Below, in pieces: positions 49,671 through 63,010 of a DNA stretch of 64,000 bases. Position numbers and translations under genes: made by a program. The stretch comes from the human T2T-CHM13v2.0 reference genome, Homo sapiens. A model generated the notes under the pieces. The model saw only the letters and a program-made list of their open reading frames with translations. It was not told the DNA's origin and did not search any database. Each line of letters begins with the position of its first letter. Within the stretch, counting starts at the first letter, position 1. Location of the stretch: the NCBI RefSeq assembly GCF_009914755.1, contig NC_060936.1. One strand, written 5' to 3'.

Positions 49671-50371
49671 GTGATCTTACCATTTTTAGTTACTTTGCAG
49701 TTCAGAAAGTGCTGTAGCCAGTTTAAAATTTTTTTTATAGTAATGTACAAACATATCTTTGGATATGTATTTTGATGCTGACACAACCATGAAATACAAA
49801 TATATTTTAAGCAACTCTAATAATAAAGATTAAGAGTGTAGATTTCTAGGTTTTACCCCAACTTGCCAAATCTCTGCAAGGTGGGGCCCAGGACTGCATT
49901 TTAACAACCTCTCTGGGTAATTCTTGAGTACAACAAGAGTACTTTCAAACAAAGTTTGAAAACTGATGGATTATAAAGCAGGGAGCACTTCTGTCTGTTC
50001 CAAGTAGCTGTGGAACCAACTGAGACATCTCACTGGAAAGAAATGACTGACTAAAAGGGGTGGGGAGGAGTGTAGAAAATTGATATTTACTGGGCATCTG
50101 CTTACCTGCCAGGTACTGGCCATACTTCTCATTTAATCAGCATGAGGGCCTTATGAAGGAAGTATCATTACTCTCTTACAAATACAGAACAGGCTAACTT
50201 TCAATGTTAGTTGAATTTTCCATATCACTTTTGAATTAGTGTAGGTCACAACTTCTCCAGTTTATGTCCAGGAACAGAAATGGGGCTACTCAGTAACTAG
50301 GCCTTTATTCTAGTGTTGACATTCAGTGCAGCCTGTATGCTTGATTGACCAGGCTGTCTGACTTGCAGCTT

Positions 50372-50392
50372 ACCGGAAGTCTTTCACGTGAC
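50372..50392. promoter_or_regulatory. composite ETS + E-box site
   Basis: ACCGGAAGT 50372-50380 followed 3 nt later by TCACGTGAC 50384-50392. Confidence 0.45.
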
Positions 50393-50940
50393 CATATTTA
50401 CTTTGGTGACCACATTTTGCTACAGCAATGAATTTAGTGTGATTTTACACAAATTGAAGAAAATCTAATTTTGTTAAAGAGCCTTTTTTCACAGAGGAAA
50501 CCGAATTTGACTCTAGTGTTTTATGAAAGGGTATCTCCCCCTGCTATGTTACTGATTTTGAATTTTTAAAATTCTGTTTCATAGGAAGATCTGAGTTAGA
50601 ATGTATGAATGGAAAAAAAAGGCAAAGCAGAACAATTTCAGAGGTTCAAGAGCCAAAAGCAATGGAATGGACCCTAAGGGAAAATAAAGTCAGTATACTG
50701 CATAATTGATTAAGAATGTAATCTTTTCAAGTTAGAGTAAGCTACAATTGTATTTCTATAACTGTAACTACTTCTGGTTCTCTGTGGCTAGATCTGAGCA
50801 CTTAAATTTTGCTGCGTATTGACTAGTCTCCTTTTAAATTAATGGCCACAAAGTACACATGGTCAGACTTTCTAATATGCCCTTTTATTGTATGTTCGCT
50901 TTCACCCTCCTCAAAATGACTCACCGCCACCCCCGCCCCC

Positions 50941-51231
50941 GAGACATGGTCTTGCTGTCGCCCAGGCTGCAGCACAGTCGTATGAACATAGCTCACTGCA
51001 GCCTTGATCTTCTGGGCCCAAGCCATCCTCCCCGTTCACCCTCCCAAGTAGCTAGGACTAGAGGTGTGTGCCACCACACCAGGCTGATTTAAAAAAAATT
51101 TTTAAACATTTTTATAGAGACAGGATCTCACTATGTTGCTCAGGCTGGTCTCAAACTCCTGGCCTCAAGTGATTCTCCTGCTTGGCTTCCCAAAGTGTTG
51201 GGATTTCAGGCGTGAGCCACAGTGCCTGGCC
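50941..51231 (-). mobile_element. AluJ lacking a poly(A) tail
   Basis: Body intact; tail position is G-rich on the minus strand. Confidence 0.9.
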
Positions 51232-52459
51232 CAGAATCACTCTATAGTGTGAGCCAATTATTTCCTTTTTGCTAAACCCATTAGTCACTTCTCTGTGTCT
51301 TAGTCGACCCCCTCAGTGGCTTCATTATTATTGGCCATGTCCTTGTTTCTTCCTGGGACCAACTTCTTGCTTTGACCAGTCTTTTTCCAGGCTTGGCCAA
51401 CCACCCTACTCCAAATCTGCACTTTTTTTCCCCCAGGCAGTCTAATCTAGAGCCATGGCTTTAAATATCATAGATATGCAGATGATCCCCAAATATGTAT
51501 TTTCAGTTCTGACTGAAACTCAACTCCAGACTTAGCCATTTGCCTGTTTGACATCCCTGCTAGGATGTCTAGTAGGCATCTCAAAATTGACATCTAACTA
51601 CCAAGGTAACCATATCACATATAATGTCTTCCCAACTGAGACACTTCAGAGTGAAAGAGCAAGAGCGCCCCTGATACTTTGTCAGGACAAGAAGCATAAA
51701 CTGAAAACTCCAAGCGTTTCCTATCACACTTCAAATGAGATTCTGCTCCTTAGATGGACCTGTGCTGCCTCTTTCCTCTTGTGCCACTCTCCCAATCACT
51801 CAACCCTGCTCCAACTGTACTGGCTGCTATTCTTCTTGAACAAACCTTCCTGCATGACCTTGGGTAAGTGACTTACCCTGAGTCTCCTCATCCATAGAAG
51901 AGTGAACAATGGTACTTTAGAATCGTAAAGCACTTATATACAGAGCTCCCTATAGGAAGTGAACAGATTTGGATAGTAAGGGTTACTTGCATTTGCTGAA
52001 GGAGTGAAGAGTGAGGATACTGCCTGCATTTTCCATAATTTTTTCATTATACTTAAGCCATGTACAAATAGTGCACAGATGTTGTCAGTCAATTGTTTGG
52101 CTGTGCATTTGTTACAAAGTTCAGACTTCACAGCTGAAAGTGAGTCAGTTCTTTATCTGGGTATGTTTATCTTGGAACAAGGTTCAGAAATGGAAACTTG
52201 AAACACCACCCCTAAAATTAGTACTAACCATCACCCACTTTCCCTTACAGGCAGACCTGGATCTTCAGAAAGTTTTCTAAAAAGCTCCATTTATTTCAAA
52301 TGTATATAAATTAGATAATTTTGAATTAGAACACTTTATAGAGAGGTTTTCATAAATGTCCCCGAATTTGTTGTTAGTACTTATTCCTTTTGGCCTGTCA
52401 GGTAGGGGTGACTTCTCTTATGCCAATTCATAAGTAATCCTTCCAGTTCACAAGGTTTA

Positions 52460-52590
52460 AACAGAAGTCAGAGCCCAGTTAATAAACCCAGACTCTGCCA
52501 TTTGGCAGCTGAGTGGCCTCTCAGCTTCAGTTTCCTCATGTGTAAAATGAGGAAAGTAATGAATGCACATGGTGTTTTATAAGAGTTATA
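52460..52590 (+). mobile_element. MIR
   Basis: ctctgccattt.gcagctgagtg..ctctcagcttcagtttcctcatgtgtaaaatgagg. Confidence 0.75.
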
Positions 52591-52679
52591 ATAATGGTCA
52601 ATTCTAAGCAAACTGACCACACAAGTAGGCTCCAACTCTTCTTTTTGGATGAGTAATACTTGATTCTCAAAGACAGTAA

Positions 52680-52947
52680 TTTATTCCAAACACAAGATGA
52701 AATTTTCTCCAAAAAAAAAAAAAAAAGGTATAGAAGTTTGCTAATAGTTCACATAACACTAAGCTACAGAATTCAGACCACAGTAGAGTGATGTTTCATG
52801 GCTAGTAGTGAGAAAGACTGGATTTGCTTCCTAACATGAAATGTGGTGTATGAATATAAATGTATCCATACCTTGAATTAAGGAAGCACTTGTCCATTTC
52901 TTAGAAGTGATTCACTTATAAAGTATCACACTGATATGCCATTTAAT
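52680..52947 (-). terminator. MTERF2: candidate MTERF2 polyadenylation signals
   Basis: Minus-strand ATTAAA 52947-52942 and AATAAA 52685-52680 (another at 52295-52290). Confidence 0.5.
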
Positions 52948-53190
52948 AGTATATGAGTTTTTGAAATAATGGTTCAAGGTAAAAGTTACCAACCTTATTA
53001 AAATAAATATGATTTATATTTTATAATATGGCACATGAGTCAGAATTTATCTATTTAGAGATAACTTAAATACAACACAGAAGCTAAGCAGGTTCTTAAA
53101 ATTACTGGTGTCTACAAACTGCCTGAATTTTTGTCTTTGCTAGTTAGTTTCACCCTGCACTGCTAGAAAGAAGCAACAACAGTCAGTATG

Positions 53191-54348
53191 TCATTCTTCA
53201 ACATTTAATGGTGCCACAGGGTTAAATAATGGCCTTACTTTTTTGGCCTGAATTTTGCCAAAATTAGCTTCAAACTCTTTTTTTGATCCATTTAGATTTG
53301 CTAGATGTCCATCCTTTATTCTGTAGCCTGAGGAATTCAGTTTCCTTATCCTGTACTGTACTATCTGTGGTGTTAATTCAAGAACCATTGGCGTCTCTCT
53401 TATCTGAGCTATGGAAATTCCTTCTCTCAATAATCCTTGCATTCTCTCTTCTAAAACTGGAACAGAATAATATAAAAGGGCAGGACATTTCAAAACTAAT
53501 TGCTTCAGGTCATGATCTGTGCATTTAAAAGCATTTTTAGAGAAGGAAATACTATTCTGTATACTTCTTGGGCAAAGTTGAAAAAGAAATCCTTTGAGTT
53601 TGGATAGAAGCTGGAGAATTTCAAAGCTGGTGAAACCTTGCTCCTGGAGAAATTCTAGTGTTTCCTTTATAGCTGTGGGAGAATTTAACAAAATAAATGG
53701 GTTTTGGCTTAACAATTTTAGTAGCCAAACTTTCATGTTGGCCTCAGAGCCACCTACATCTAGATAACTCTCTTGGAGAATTCTTACCATTTGCTTATTC
53801 TTCTCAACAGGATTATGAAAAACATTAGGTGCAGCTGTCAAAAGTCTGCTAATGACCACATTTTTTAGTCCCAACTCTTGAAAGAACTGAACATTCAGCT
53901 TCTGGTTCTCTTGGTCTTTAATAGTAAAGAAAGATTCTGGAAACTGCTCTATTAACTTGATTAACTCTTCCTCATTTTTGCAGACCAACTGCCAGAGTTT
54001 TCTCTGGGTGTTAACAGCGGTTGGACTACAGACAATTGCTTCCGGGCAGCGTTCCAAAATACTGGCTACAGCAGTCTCATCGGCACCTAGTTCTTGTAAA
54101 ATATTCGCAATTTCTTCAACATAGGTTTCATCCTCTAAAAGTACCCATCCTTTTAATCTACGAATTTTCCTAATGTCAACTGAACATTTATAGAGCTTTT
54201 CCACTGTTCTTGTATTTTCTTTGCTCGACTGTTTATCAGTTGTATAGGTGAAGCATGCTAAGAAAGGTCTGTATTTTGGAGGTGATCGCATCTTTCTGAA
54301 AGAACACAGCCTGCAGGACTGGGATCTCAGCAGCAGCTTCCACAACAT
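53191..54348 (-). CDS. MTERF2: mitochondrial transcription termination factor 2 (MTERFD3), 385 aa, single coding exon
   Basis: Intact ORF; Arg/Leu/Ser-rich presequence [21 protein letters not shown]; mTERF repeats (..[52 protein letters not shown]); acceptor ttttttcag| before 54405; Kozak gcagccATG. Confidence 0.97.
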   Translation of the reverse strand: MLWKLLLRSQSCRLCSFRKMRSPPKYRPFLACFTYTTDKQSSKENTRTVEKLYKCSVDIRKIRRLKGWVLLEDETYVEEIANILQELGADETAVASILERCPEAIVCSPTAVNTQRKLWQLVCKNEEELIKLIEQFPESFFTIKDQENQKLNVQFFQELGLKNVVISRLLTAAPNVFHNPVEKNKQMVRILQESYLDVGGSEANMKVWLLKLLSQNPFILLNSPTAIKETLEFLQEQGFTSFEILQLLSKLKGFLFQLCPRSIQNSISFSKNAFKCTDHDLKQLVLKCPALLYYSVPVLEERMQGLLREGISIAQIRETPMVLELTPQIVQYRIRKLNSSGYRIKDGHLANLNGSKKEFEANFGKIQAKKVRPLFNPVAPLNVEE

Positions 54349-54561
54349 GGCTGCAATCTACTAGCTAGTTTCCACCGTCCTGGGACTTAAATGGACTCAT
54401 TCTATCTGAAAAAAAGAAAATAAAGGTTTTTAGTATAAGGGTGTTGACTTTCAGAACACATACACTTACAAATTTGAGCTGTTGAAGTCTGGAAATAAAG
54501 TGGATTTAAATTAGACAAGAAAACTGCTCATGTGGAATATTTTTAAAAATCTTCCTAAATA

Positions 54562-54661
54562 AGGATTGCTTGAACCCAGAAGCCCGAGGTTGCAGTGAGC
54601 TGAGATTGTAGCATTGCACTCCAGACGGGGCAACAAGAGTGAAACTCTTAAAAAAAAAAAA
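54562..54661 (+). mobile_element. 5'-truncated Alu
   Basis: Flanked by tcctaaataa duplication. Confidence 0.9.
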
Positions 54662-55114
54662 CCTCCTAAATAATTAATTGAATTGTAATACACTTCTCCA
54701 CAACTTCGATATCTTATACTTTGTAAATACACTGTTGAGTTACTTCCATTTTACAGAAGAGCAGCAAGACCAAAGAGTTCAAAGGTTCACAGACCTCAAA
54801 TGTTATTTTCATACAAATTCCCTTTTCCACAACTGTTTATCTTTTCTTTTAGGAGGCCTGTATTATGCACACACACACAAACATGGTTTTTTGAAATGTT
54901 TTACATTATTAAGTTGATGTTTACCTGAAGCAGATACTTAAAGGGGGAAGAGGGGAAGGGTCATCTCTAATTTTATACGTTAAATATTTTGCTGAATAAC
55001 TATCACCCAAAATGGGCCAATTATTTTATTTTAAATGAGTTAATAAATGGATTTTTTTGTTTTTAGAATTATGTGAGCAAAACTCCCTTTTATAAATCCA
55101 GAATTAGAATAAGT

Positions 55115-55264
55115 TGTAATTCCAGCACTTTGGGAGGCTAAGGTGGGCGGATCACCTGAGGTCAGGAGTTCGAGACCAGCTTGGCCAACATGGTGAAACC
55201 CCATCTCTACTAAACATACAAAAATTAGCTGGGTGTGGTGGCACATGCCTGTAATCCCTAGCTG
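55115..55264 (+). mobile_element. partial AluS (left arm)
   Basis: tgtaattccagcactttgggagg.. Confidence 0.9.
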
Positions 55265-55432
55265 GGTAAAATGAAAAAATGCCACATGACTGTTCCCGTG
55301 GTGCCATGGGAAATCAGGTCAGCTGTGGAATGGTGACTGTACTTTCAGAACAGTGTAATCAGCTATCCACTTGACATGTGTAGGTATCTTGAGATGGCTA
55401 TACTGTGTCTGACACATTAACAGTCTTTGCCT

Positions 55433-56205
<773 letters not shown>

Positions 56206-57140
56206 CCACTATTTCTTTTGTCTCTGGTAATGAAAATACATCTGGTTTTAGTACCTAAGAGTGTTGTAAGTGTCTCAGCCTTGCCACAAAAGTGTGTAGT
56301 ACGGCTCAATTTAGCCTGTTGGCAGCCTTCCCTCACTCTTTACAGGTCTGAAAGAAAAGAAGAAAGCAGCCATTTCCATCCCTGACTTTAATTTAAACGC
56401 CCTTGCCAGGTATGCTGGGGACTCTTCACTTTCAGCCCTGTCTTAACTAATCCAAATAAATGATTATTCTGTTAGGAAAGTTAGGTAACACCCTTTCCAT
56501 TTTGGTTTCCCATTTTGATTTAGCTCACTGTGAGCGCCTATGGAGACTAAAATAATTGTAGGCATAGCTTGTTTTACTCTTAGTGGTTCAACTAGAATTT
56601 TCTTCAGATAATTCCTAATACTGTTAAGCCAAGATGAAAATATTATTTTAAAAACTTTCTAAGAAGGCCATCAACTTGAACAGGAAGGAGGCGGCGCAGC
56701 ATGATGAAGCACAGGCAGATCTGGGCTGGGATCCCGCTCCCCACTCCCTGTTGAGCGACCCCACAAGCTCAGGCTGCACCTCTGTACCACACGTGGGGGA
56801 GGAGCGTGGGCTGCTGCCAACCACCCACACCCAATCCTGGCTCTAGCTTATGGGGCACCCTTGGGTAAGTTAGCCTCAGAGAAAACAAGACAGCAGTGAT
56901 TAGAACAGCGCCTCACACTAACTATTCAATGAGTATTACCAGCAGCAATCTGTGAGATGGAAAGAACAGAATCTAAGCCTTACAGGAAAACTGTAAGGGT
57001 TAAAATGCATGTCAAATACTTTGCACAATGCCTGGTACAGAGTAAAATTTCTGGAGCTAGAAGTCTTGTAGTAGTATGACTTTAAATTGTATTTTAGACA
57101 GAAATAGATTATTTACAAAGAGAACTGAAAACCAAAAAGT

Positions 57141-57500
<360 letters not shown>

Positions 57501-58779
57501 TAAAAGCAATGCACATTCAATGTGGAAAAATTGCCAACTTCTGGAAAGTATAAGGAAATGGAAAAAGTCTTTCACAATCCCCACCACTGAAGACAACTGT
57601 TCATATTTTGGCATACATGATGATGTGTGACCTGAACACATCACAGTTCAGCTTGGAGTAAGCAGGAAATGCAGACAGCTGCTGTTCCCTTAGCCTCACT
57701 GTGCAGGAGCCTCTGTCAGTGGATGTGCCTTGCCATGGTCGATGTCCTTCTAATGTTTAATGATCCGTCATTCTGTATAATGTAACCCCCAACCAAGCCA
57801 ACTGCAGCATCTAGTGCTTAGCCTGGGGTTCCAAACCCCAGGAACTCCTGGCTGTGCTGGACTTGCTGAAAGATAGTGTATTACTGGTCTCCTGTGTGTT
57901 ACCTTCCCTACACATGGTACTGAGGTTCTGAATTCAGCCTATAAAGTGAAAATTACAAAGACTCAGAATTTTTCTTGAAAATCTCTTATGCAGACACCAC
58001 ACAGATGAAGTAGTTGGTTATGAACTGTGATGTGTTCAGATGAGTCGTCTTTACTAGTTAATCTGCCTTGCTTAGTCTCTGATGAGCAAACACAACTGAC
58101 TATGGAAGTGAAAAGTATGAATGTTGTGACTCCTATGTAATGAACACATAATACATATATTTGTATCTAATTTATCTTTCTGCTTCTATTTTATTCACAG
58201 TAAGTATCTAACTGTGGTATTAAAAATGCTCTGTAAACATTTGAGTGCTTGGTATATGGGATGGATATACTGTTATTTTGTAATTCATTCCTTATATTGA
58301 GCATTTAGGCTATTTGTAATTTTTGCTATATGCTGAATAAATGTCCACATCTCATATGCTTTTCCTTTAGGATGAATTCCTAGAAATAGATTTCCTGACT
58401 GAAGAGGAGATACGTGAACACTGGGAAAGCAAAGCTGCTAAATTTCCTGTCAGGAAAAACTATCTCAGTTGACATTCTCACAGGCAGTATGAGTGATTCT
58501 CTCATCAGTTTTTATTTTGATATGTAAAAAATGATACAACACTAATTTAACTTCTTTTTATTATTTATAAGGGTGATGTTTTCATAATTAAACTATTTCG
58601 TTCATCTTTATTTCCTTTTGTGAATCAACCATTCCTGACTTGTAAAACTGCAATCGTTCTGCTTTTTAAAAATTGACTTGTATAAACTCTATGAATTAAG
58701 AAATATAATCTCATTTTTGAAAATATTTTCTTCAGCTCATTTTCAGTTGTTGATGGTATATTTTAGCATACCAAAGTAG

Positions 58780-59110
58780 CCCCTTTTTTAATTGTAGTAA
58801 GATATAAATAACAAAAAATTTACCATTTAAACCATTTTCAAGTGTACCATTCAGTGGCTTAAAGTATAGTCACAATGTTGTACCACCATGACCACTATCC
58901 CAAACACCAACTCTGTCTCTGTGCCCATTAAACAATAACTCTCCATACCCTCTTCCCTCCAGACACCAGTTACCTCTATTTTACTTTCTGTCTCTATGAA
59001 TTTGCCTATTCTAGGTACTTTTTATATGTGGGGTCATATAATATTTGTCTTTCGTGTCTGGCTTATTTCATTTAGCATAATGTTATCAAAGTTCATATTA
59101 CAGTATCTGT
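58780..59110 (-). mobile_element. L1MB 3' end
   Basis: aaatttaccatttaaaccattttcaagtgtac..ctttctgtctctatgaatttgcctattctagg. Confidence 0.85.
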
Positions 59111-59711
59111 TAGAACAAAGCAGTTAATTTCACGTGGTCAAAGGAAGGTCAGGGAAGTTTTCCTTAATGATCCTTACTGCTTTTAAGTACCAGATGATCA
59201 GTAAAAATTCATCCATTATTTCCTCCCATATTTTTGTTTGAACTTTAAAACTTAGCTCCTTAAGTTCATTTGAAATTTCTGGGTGTGAGCTGAGAATCTA
59301 AATAGATTTTATCAATAGTTTACTTCTCTCCAAGTACCATTTTCTGAACAATCCTTTCCTTCCCCATGACTTATGATGCCTCCTTTATCATATGTTAAAT
59401 GTAGCTTTTGTCTCTAATTTGCCTCCATCCTCATCCCCCTACTTTGCAATTCCCCAAAGGGGCCAAGAGGCTCATTTCTGGTCTTTGCTGCATACTTGGC
59501 TCCCCCTGCCAGACCATCCTCAAACCAGCTCTGGTTGACTCACTCTTCCACACTTCCCACCAACTATCTCAAATCTTCTCAACTCAGACCTCTGGCCTCC
59601 CACCTACCTCCATACCCACCTTCACTCACAACCAGTGCCCTTGCCTCCTATCTGTACAAAGAAAGGAGAGCAGCTCCTCTCAGCAGACATAAACCTATCA
59701 CTAGCTCCCCT

Positions 59712-59751
59712 TCACAGCTTTCATTATCCAGTCACAGCTTTCATTATCCAG
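59712..59751. repeat. perfect 20-bp tandem duplication
   Basis: tcacagctttcattatccag x2. Confidence 0.95.
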
Positions 59752-59862
59752 GGTCATTCCTGCTCCTGTGCTGAGCTCAGCCTCTCTGGCCTGAGAACTC
59801 TCAAGCCCTTTCTCAAGTGTTTGCTCCTTCAGGTGTATCCTCCTCTGATGCTCCAGCCATCA

Positions 59863-59940
59863 CTCCACTGCTCTTCCTGTCCTTGCCCAAACCCTCTCTC
59901 TCTCCACTGCTCTTCTTTTCCCTGCCCAAACCCTATCTTT
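59863..59940. repeat. imperfect 39-bp tandem duplication
   Basis: ctccactgctcttc....cc.tgcccaaaccct.tct.t x2. Confidence 0.85.
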
Positions 59941-60065
59941 CTCTTCACCTCAGCTAATTCTTGCAGATCCTTCTTTCTCTCCATTTCCTCTTCTACTTAT
60001 ATAGCTTGCGATAAAGATAACTTTCATGTGGTTACAGCCAATGAGTAGTTTTCATTCTTATCTCT

Positions 60066-60555
60066 TTTTTTTGTAGAGAAGGGGTTTCACCACATTTCCA
60101 GGCTGCTCTTGAACTCCTGAGCTCAAGCGATCTGCCCACCTTGGCATCCCAAAGTGTCGATTACAGGCGTGATGTGGTTTGGCTGTGTCCCCACCCAAAT
60201 CTCATCTTGAATTGTAGCTCCCATAATTCCCTTGTGTTGTGGGAGGAACCCAGTGGGAGATAATTAAATCATAGGGGTGGTTTCCCCCATACTGTTCTCA
60301 TGACAGTGAATAAGTCTCATGAGATCTGATGGTTTTATAAGGGGAAACCCCTTTCGCTTGGCTCTCACTCTTTTCTTGTCTGCCACGATGTGAGATGTGC
60401 CTTTCACCTTCCGCCATGATTGTGAGGTCTCCCCAACCACGTGGCACTGTAAGTCCATTAAACCTCTTGCTTTTGTAAATTGCCCAGTCTTGGCTATGTC
60501 TTTATCAGCAGCATGAAAAAGGACTAATACAAGCCATGAGCCACCACACCCAGCC
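60066..60555 (-). mobile_element. FLAM monomer split by THE1B
   Basis: 60066-60169 plus 60537-60555; TSD cttatctctttt. Confidence 0.85.
60170..60531 (+). mobile_element. THE1B solo LTR
   Basis: tgatgtggtttggctgtgtccccacccaaatctc ... ctttatcagcagcatgaaaa.ggactaataca. Confidence 0.92.
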
Positions 60556-60748
60556 TTCCTTATCTCTTTTGACTTCTGCTGCTTTTAGCAGAGTTGACCA
60601 CTTTCTCCTTGAAATATTCTCTCATTTGACTTCCTGGACACTCGACTTTTTTTGATTCTTCTCCCTTTCTATACTTCTCGCCACCCTCTATCTGTCTCCC
60701 GTACAAGCTCACCTTCAAGGCTTGGTTCTAGACCTCTCTTCTTCTTAC

Positions 60749-60849
60749 CTTACAGTCTCTCCCCACAGATCTTGTCCTCATCCAGATATTCAGTTCATCC
60801 ACTTGGGATTCTTTCCAACTTCTTCTCAAAATGTGATCTTGTCAGTTCC
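60749..60849 (-). other. MTERF2: MTERF2 leader exon 2 (101 nt) within antisense L2-like sequence
   Basis: Acceptor tttattgcag|GG, strong donor AAG|GTAAGA; flanks look like L2 (gttgaccactttctccttgaaa..., ccttaccatggcctacaaggcc). Confidence 0.65.
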
Positions 60850-61789
60850 CTGCAATAAACTTGCCAATGGCATTTTAGGATAAAGACAAAGTAAAATAAA
60901 ACATAGAAATGCCTTACCATGGCCTACAAGGCCTCTTTGGGCTCTGCCACCACCCTAATTCCCATTTCCCTCTCCTGCACCAGCTGCATTTGCTTCCTGT
61001 CAGTCCCTGGTGCTCTACTGGTTTCTACCATGTGGTCTTTGAAGACTGTGGGCCAGATTCCATGCCCAAAATGCTCCAACTTTTAGGCCTAAGTGTCACT
61101 TTCTCAAGGAAACTTTTCTAACCTTCACGAATACATGAAGCCTCCTGTCCCCATTACATGATTTCATGGCACCATGGACTTTTACACTTGCGCACAAGTG
61201 GTACAACAGCTGCAGCTGTTCACGTGTTGTTTCTGTCTCAACACTACATGGACAGACTGGTCACCACAGTGTTCCAATGAACTGCTTCCCTATCCTTCAC
61301 CCAGCTGCCTTCACTGCCTCTAGGAGGCATTCCTGGGCAGGTGGCCTTCTGTGTGCTCTTCCACAGCACCCTGCTCCGGACGCTACTGCAGCACTTATTA
61401 TGCTCTTACAAGTTCTTCATTCTTCCAACCAGTAGGAATTTTGTTGCTGTTTGTTTGAAGTTCAAGCTGTGTATCAGGCATACTAGGCACAGATCTGCTA
61501 AAACAACACTTCTTCACACCTCTGTTTGGATCACAGATCAACTCAGAACCTGAGAGTCACAGACTCTCTTTCCAGAAGAAAAGACCCACGCTCACAACAT
61601 TTCGCAAATGATTTTAGCAGGATTCATGGACACCCTGCAGCCCGGCCATGAATGACCTGCACTAGATTTACAAGCGTTGGGAAGGCAGGAACTGAACGGT
61701 GTTCTGCTTTATTCCCTGCACCCAGCAAAGAACTTGTTCCACAGAGAGACAAAATTAGTATTTGTCAGGTGAAACTGAGTGAACAAGTG

Positions 61790-62180
61790 GATGCGGTACA
61801 TTAATGCAGTGGGTAAAACTGGGTTAGCAGAGCCAGACTGCCTGATTCCTGGACAACAGTTGTGTTGTGACTTGAAGAAGTTACTTCACCTCTCTGAGCC
61901 TCAGTTTGGCATCAGGAAAATGGTGATACTATCTCCTGGGTGACTGCAAAGATCAAACGAGTTAATACCATAAATCACTTAGAATATGCAGAAAACTCTT
62001 CACATATACTAAATCATTAAATCATCACAACAACTCATTTTAAAATGAGGAAACAGACGCAGGTAAAGGAACTTGCCCAAGGTTACTCAGCTAAAAAAAA
62101 AAACAAAAAACAAAAAACCGGCAGAATTTGGACTCAAACCCCACAGGTTGGCTCCAGAGTCCTGCCTGCTCTTAGCCCTG
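61790..62180. mobile_element. two MIR fragments in opposite orientation
   Basis: ctctctgagcctcagttt (+); aaaatgaggaaacaga..acttgcccaaggttac.cagcta (-). Confidence 0.75.
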
Positions 62181-62409
62181 TGCCCCCACATATAGCAATG
62201 CTTTTGGTAAATGTTTGTTAAATCACAATGTGGGCTGTTCTAGGATGCTTGTTTCTTAAGCATTTTTGGGGAGTGAAATTCACTTCTGTAATACACAGTT
62301 ATGGTTAGTATGGTCTTCTCTACACCACCACTGGTTTCAATAAAGTTCTTCTTTCGTAACACATATGCCCTGCTGCCAGTTTCAAATTGACCAACGTTTA
62401 TAAGCAAGG

Positions 62410-63010
62410 AAAAACGAGGGTCCACGGAAGATCTCCAGGACCGATCAAAAGGCCGCACATTCACTGTGGGGCCTCCGCTTTTCCAGAGAAACCCGGCAGG
62501 CTGAGCTGAGCGTCTGGCGAGGCGTGGGGTTTTGCGGGCCCTGACCGCTGCGGCGCCGCTGGTGAGGAACACGCCCAGGAGCAGAGGAAGGGGGCGACTC
62601 ACCCGTCGGCGTCAGCTCCAAGCAAGGCACAGGGAGTCCCGGGGGCCAGGCCCCGTCCTTCCCTCTCTCTCCGGCCAGCCTCCCCACAGTCCGCAGTCCC
62701 CGAGGCCTGGAGCCGGGATTTCGGTCCTCGGTCTCAAGAAGCTCCCGACAGTTCTCAGCACCGCCAACCAGGCCATCAGTCCCTTCGCCCATGGCCAATC
62801 AGGGCTCGGGAGATGACCGCCAACCCCCGCCCCCCCAAGACACGCCCCCGCGTCCCAACGCAGCCAGTCAGAGCGCGGGACACAACTACGCGTCCCTCCC
62901 CGCACCACGAGGGCGAGTCGGAGTGGGAATCGGCTTTCCAGGCAGCCCAGCCTGTGCTGGCGGGGGCATCTGGCATTTTCACACCCTTTCCTTCCGAGCA
63001 TTTTAGGAAG
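62410..63010. promoter_or_regulatory. MTERF2: CpG-island promoter of MTERF2
   Basis: CpG-rich; CCAAT 62795, GC box ~62826, ACTACnnnTCCC 62885-62896. Confidence 0.88.
62603..62790 (-). other. MTERF2: MTERF2 exon 1 (5' end approximate)
   Basis: Donor CGG|GTGAGT at 62603/62602 in CpG island. Confidence 0.75.
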
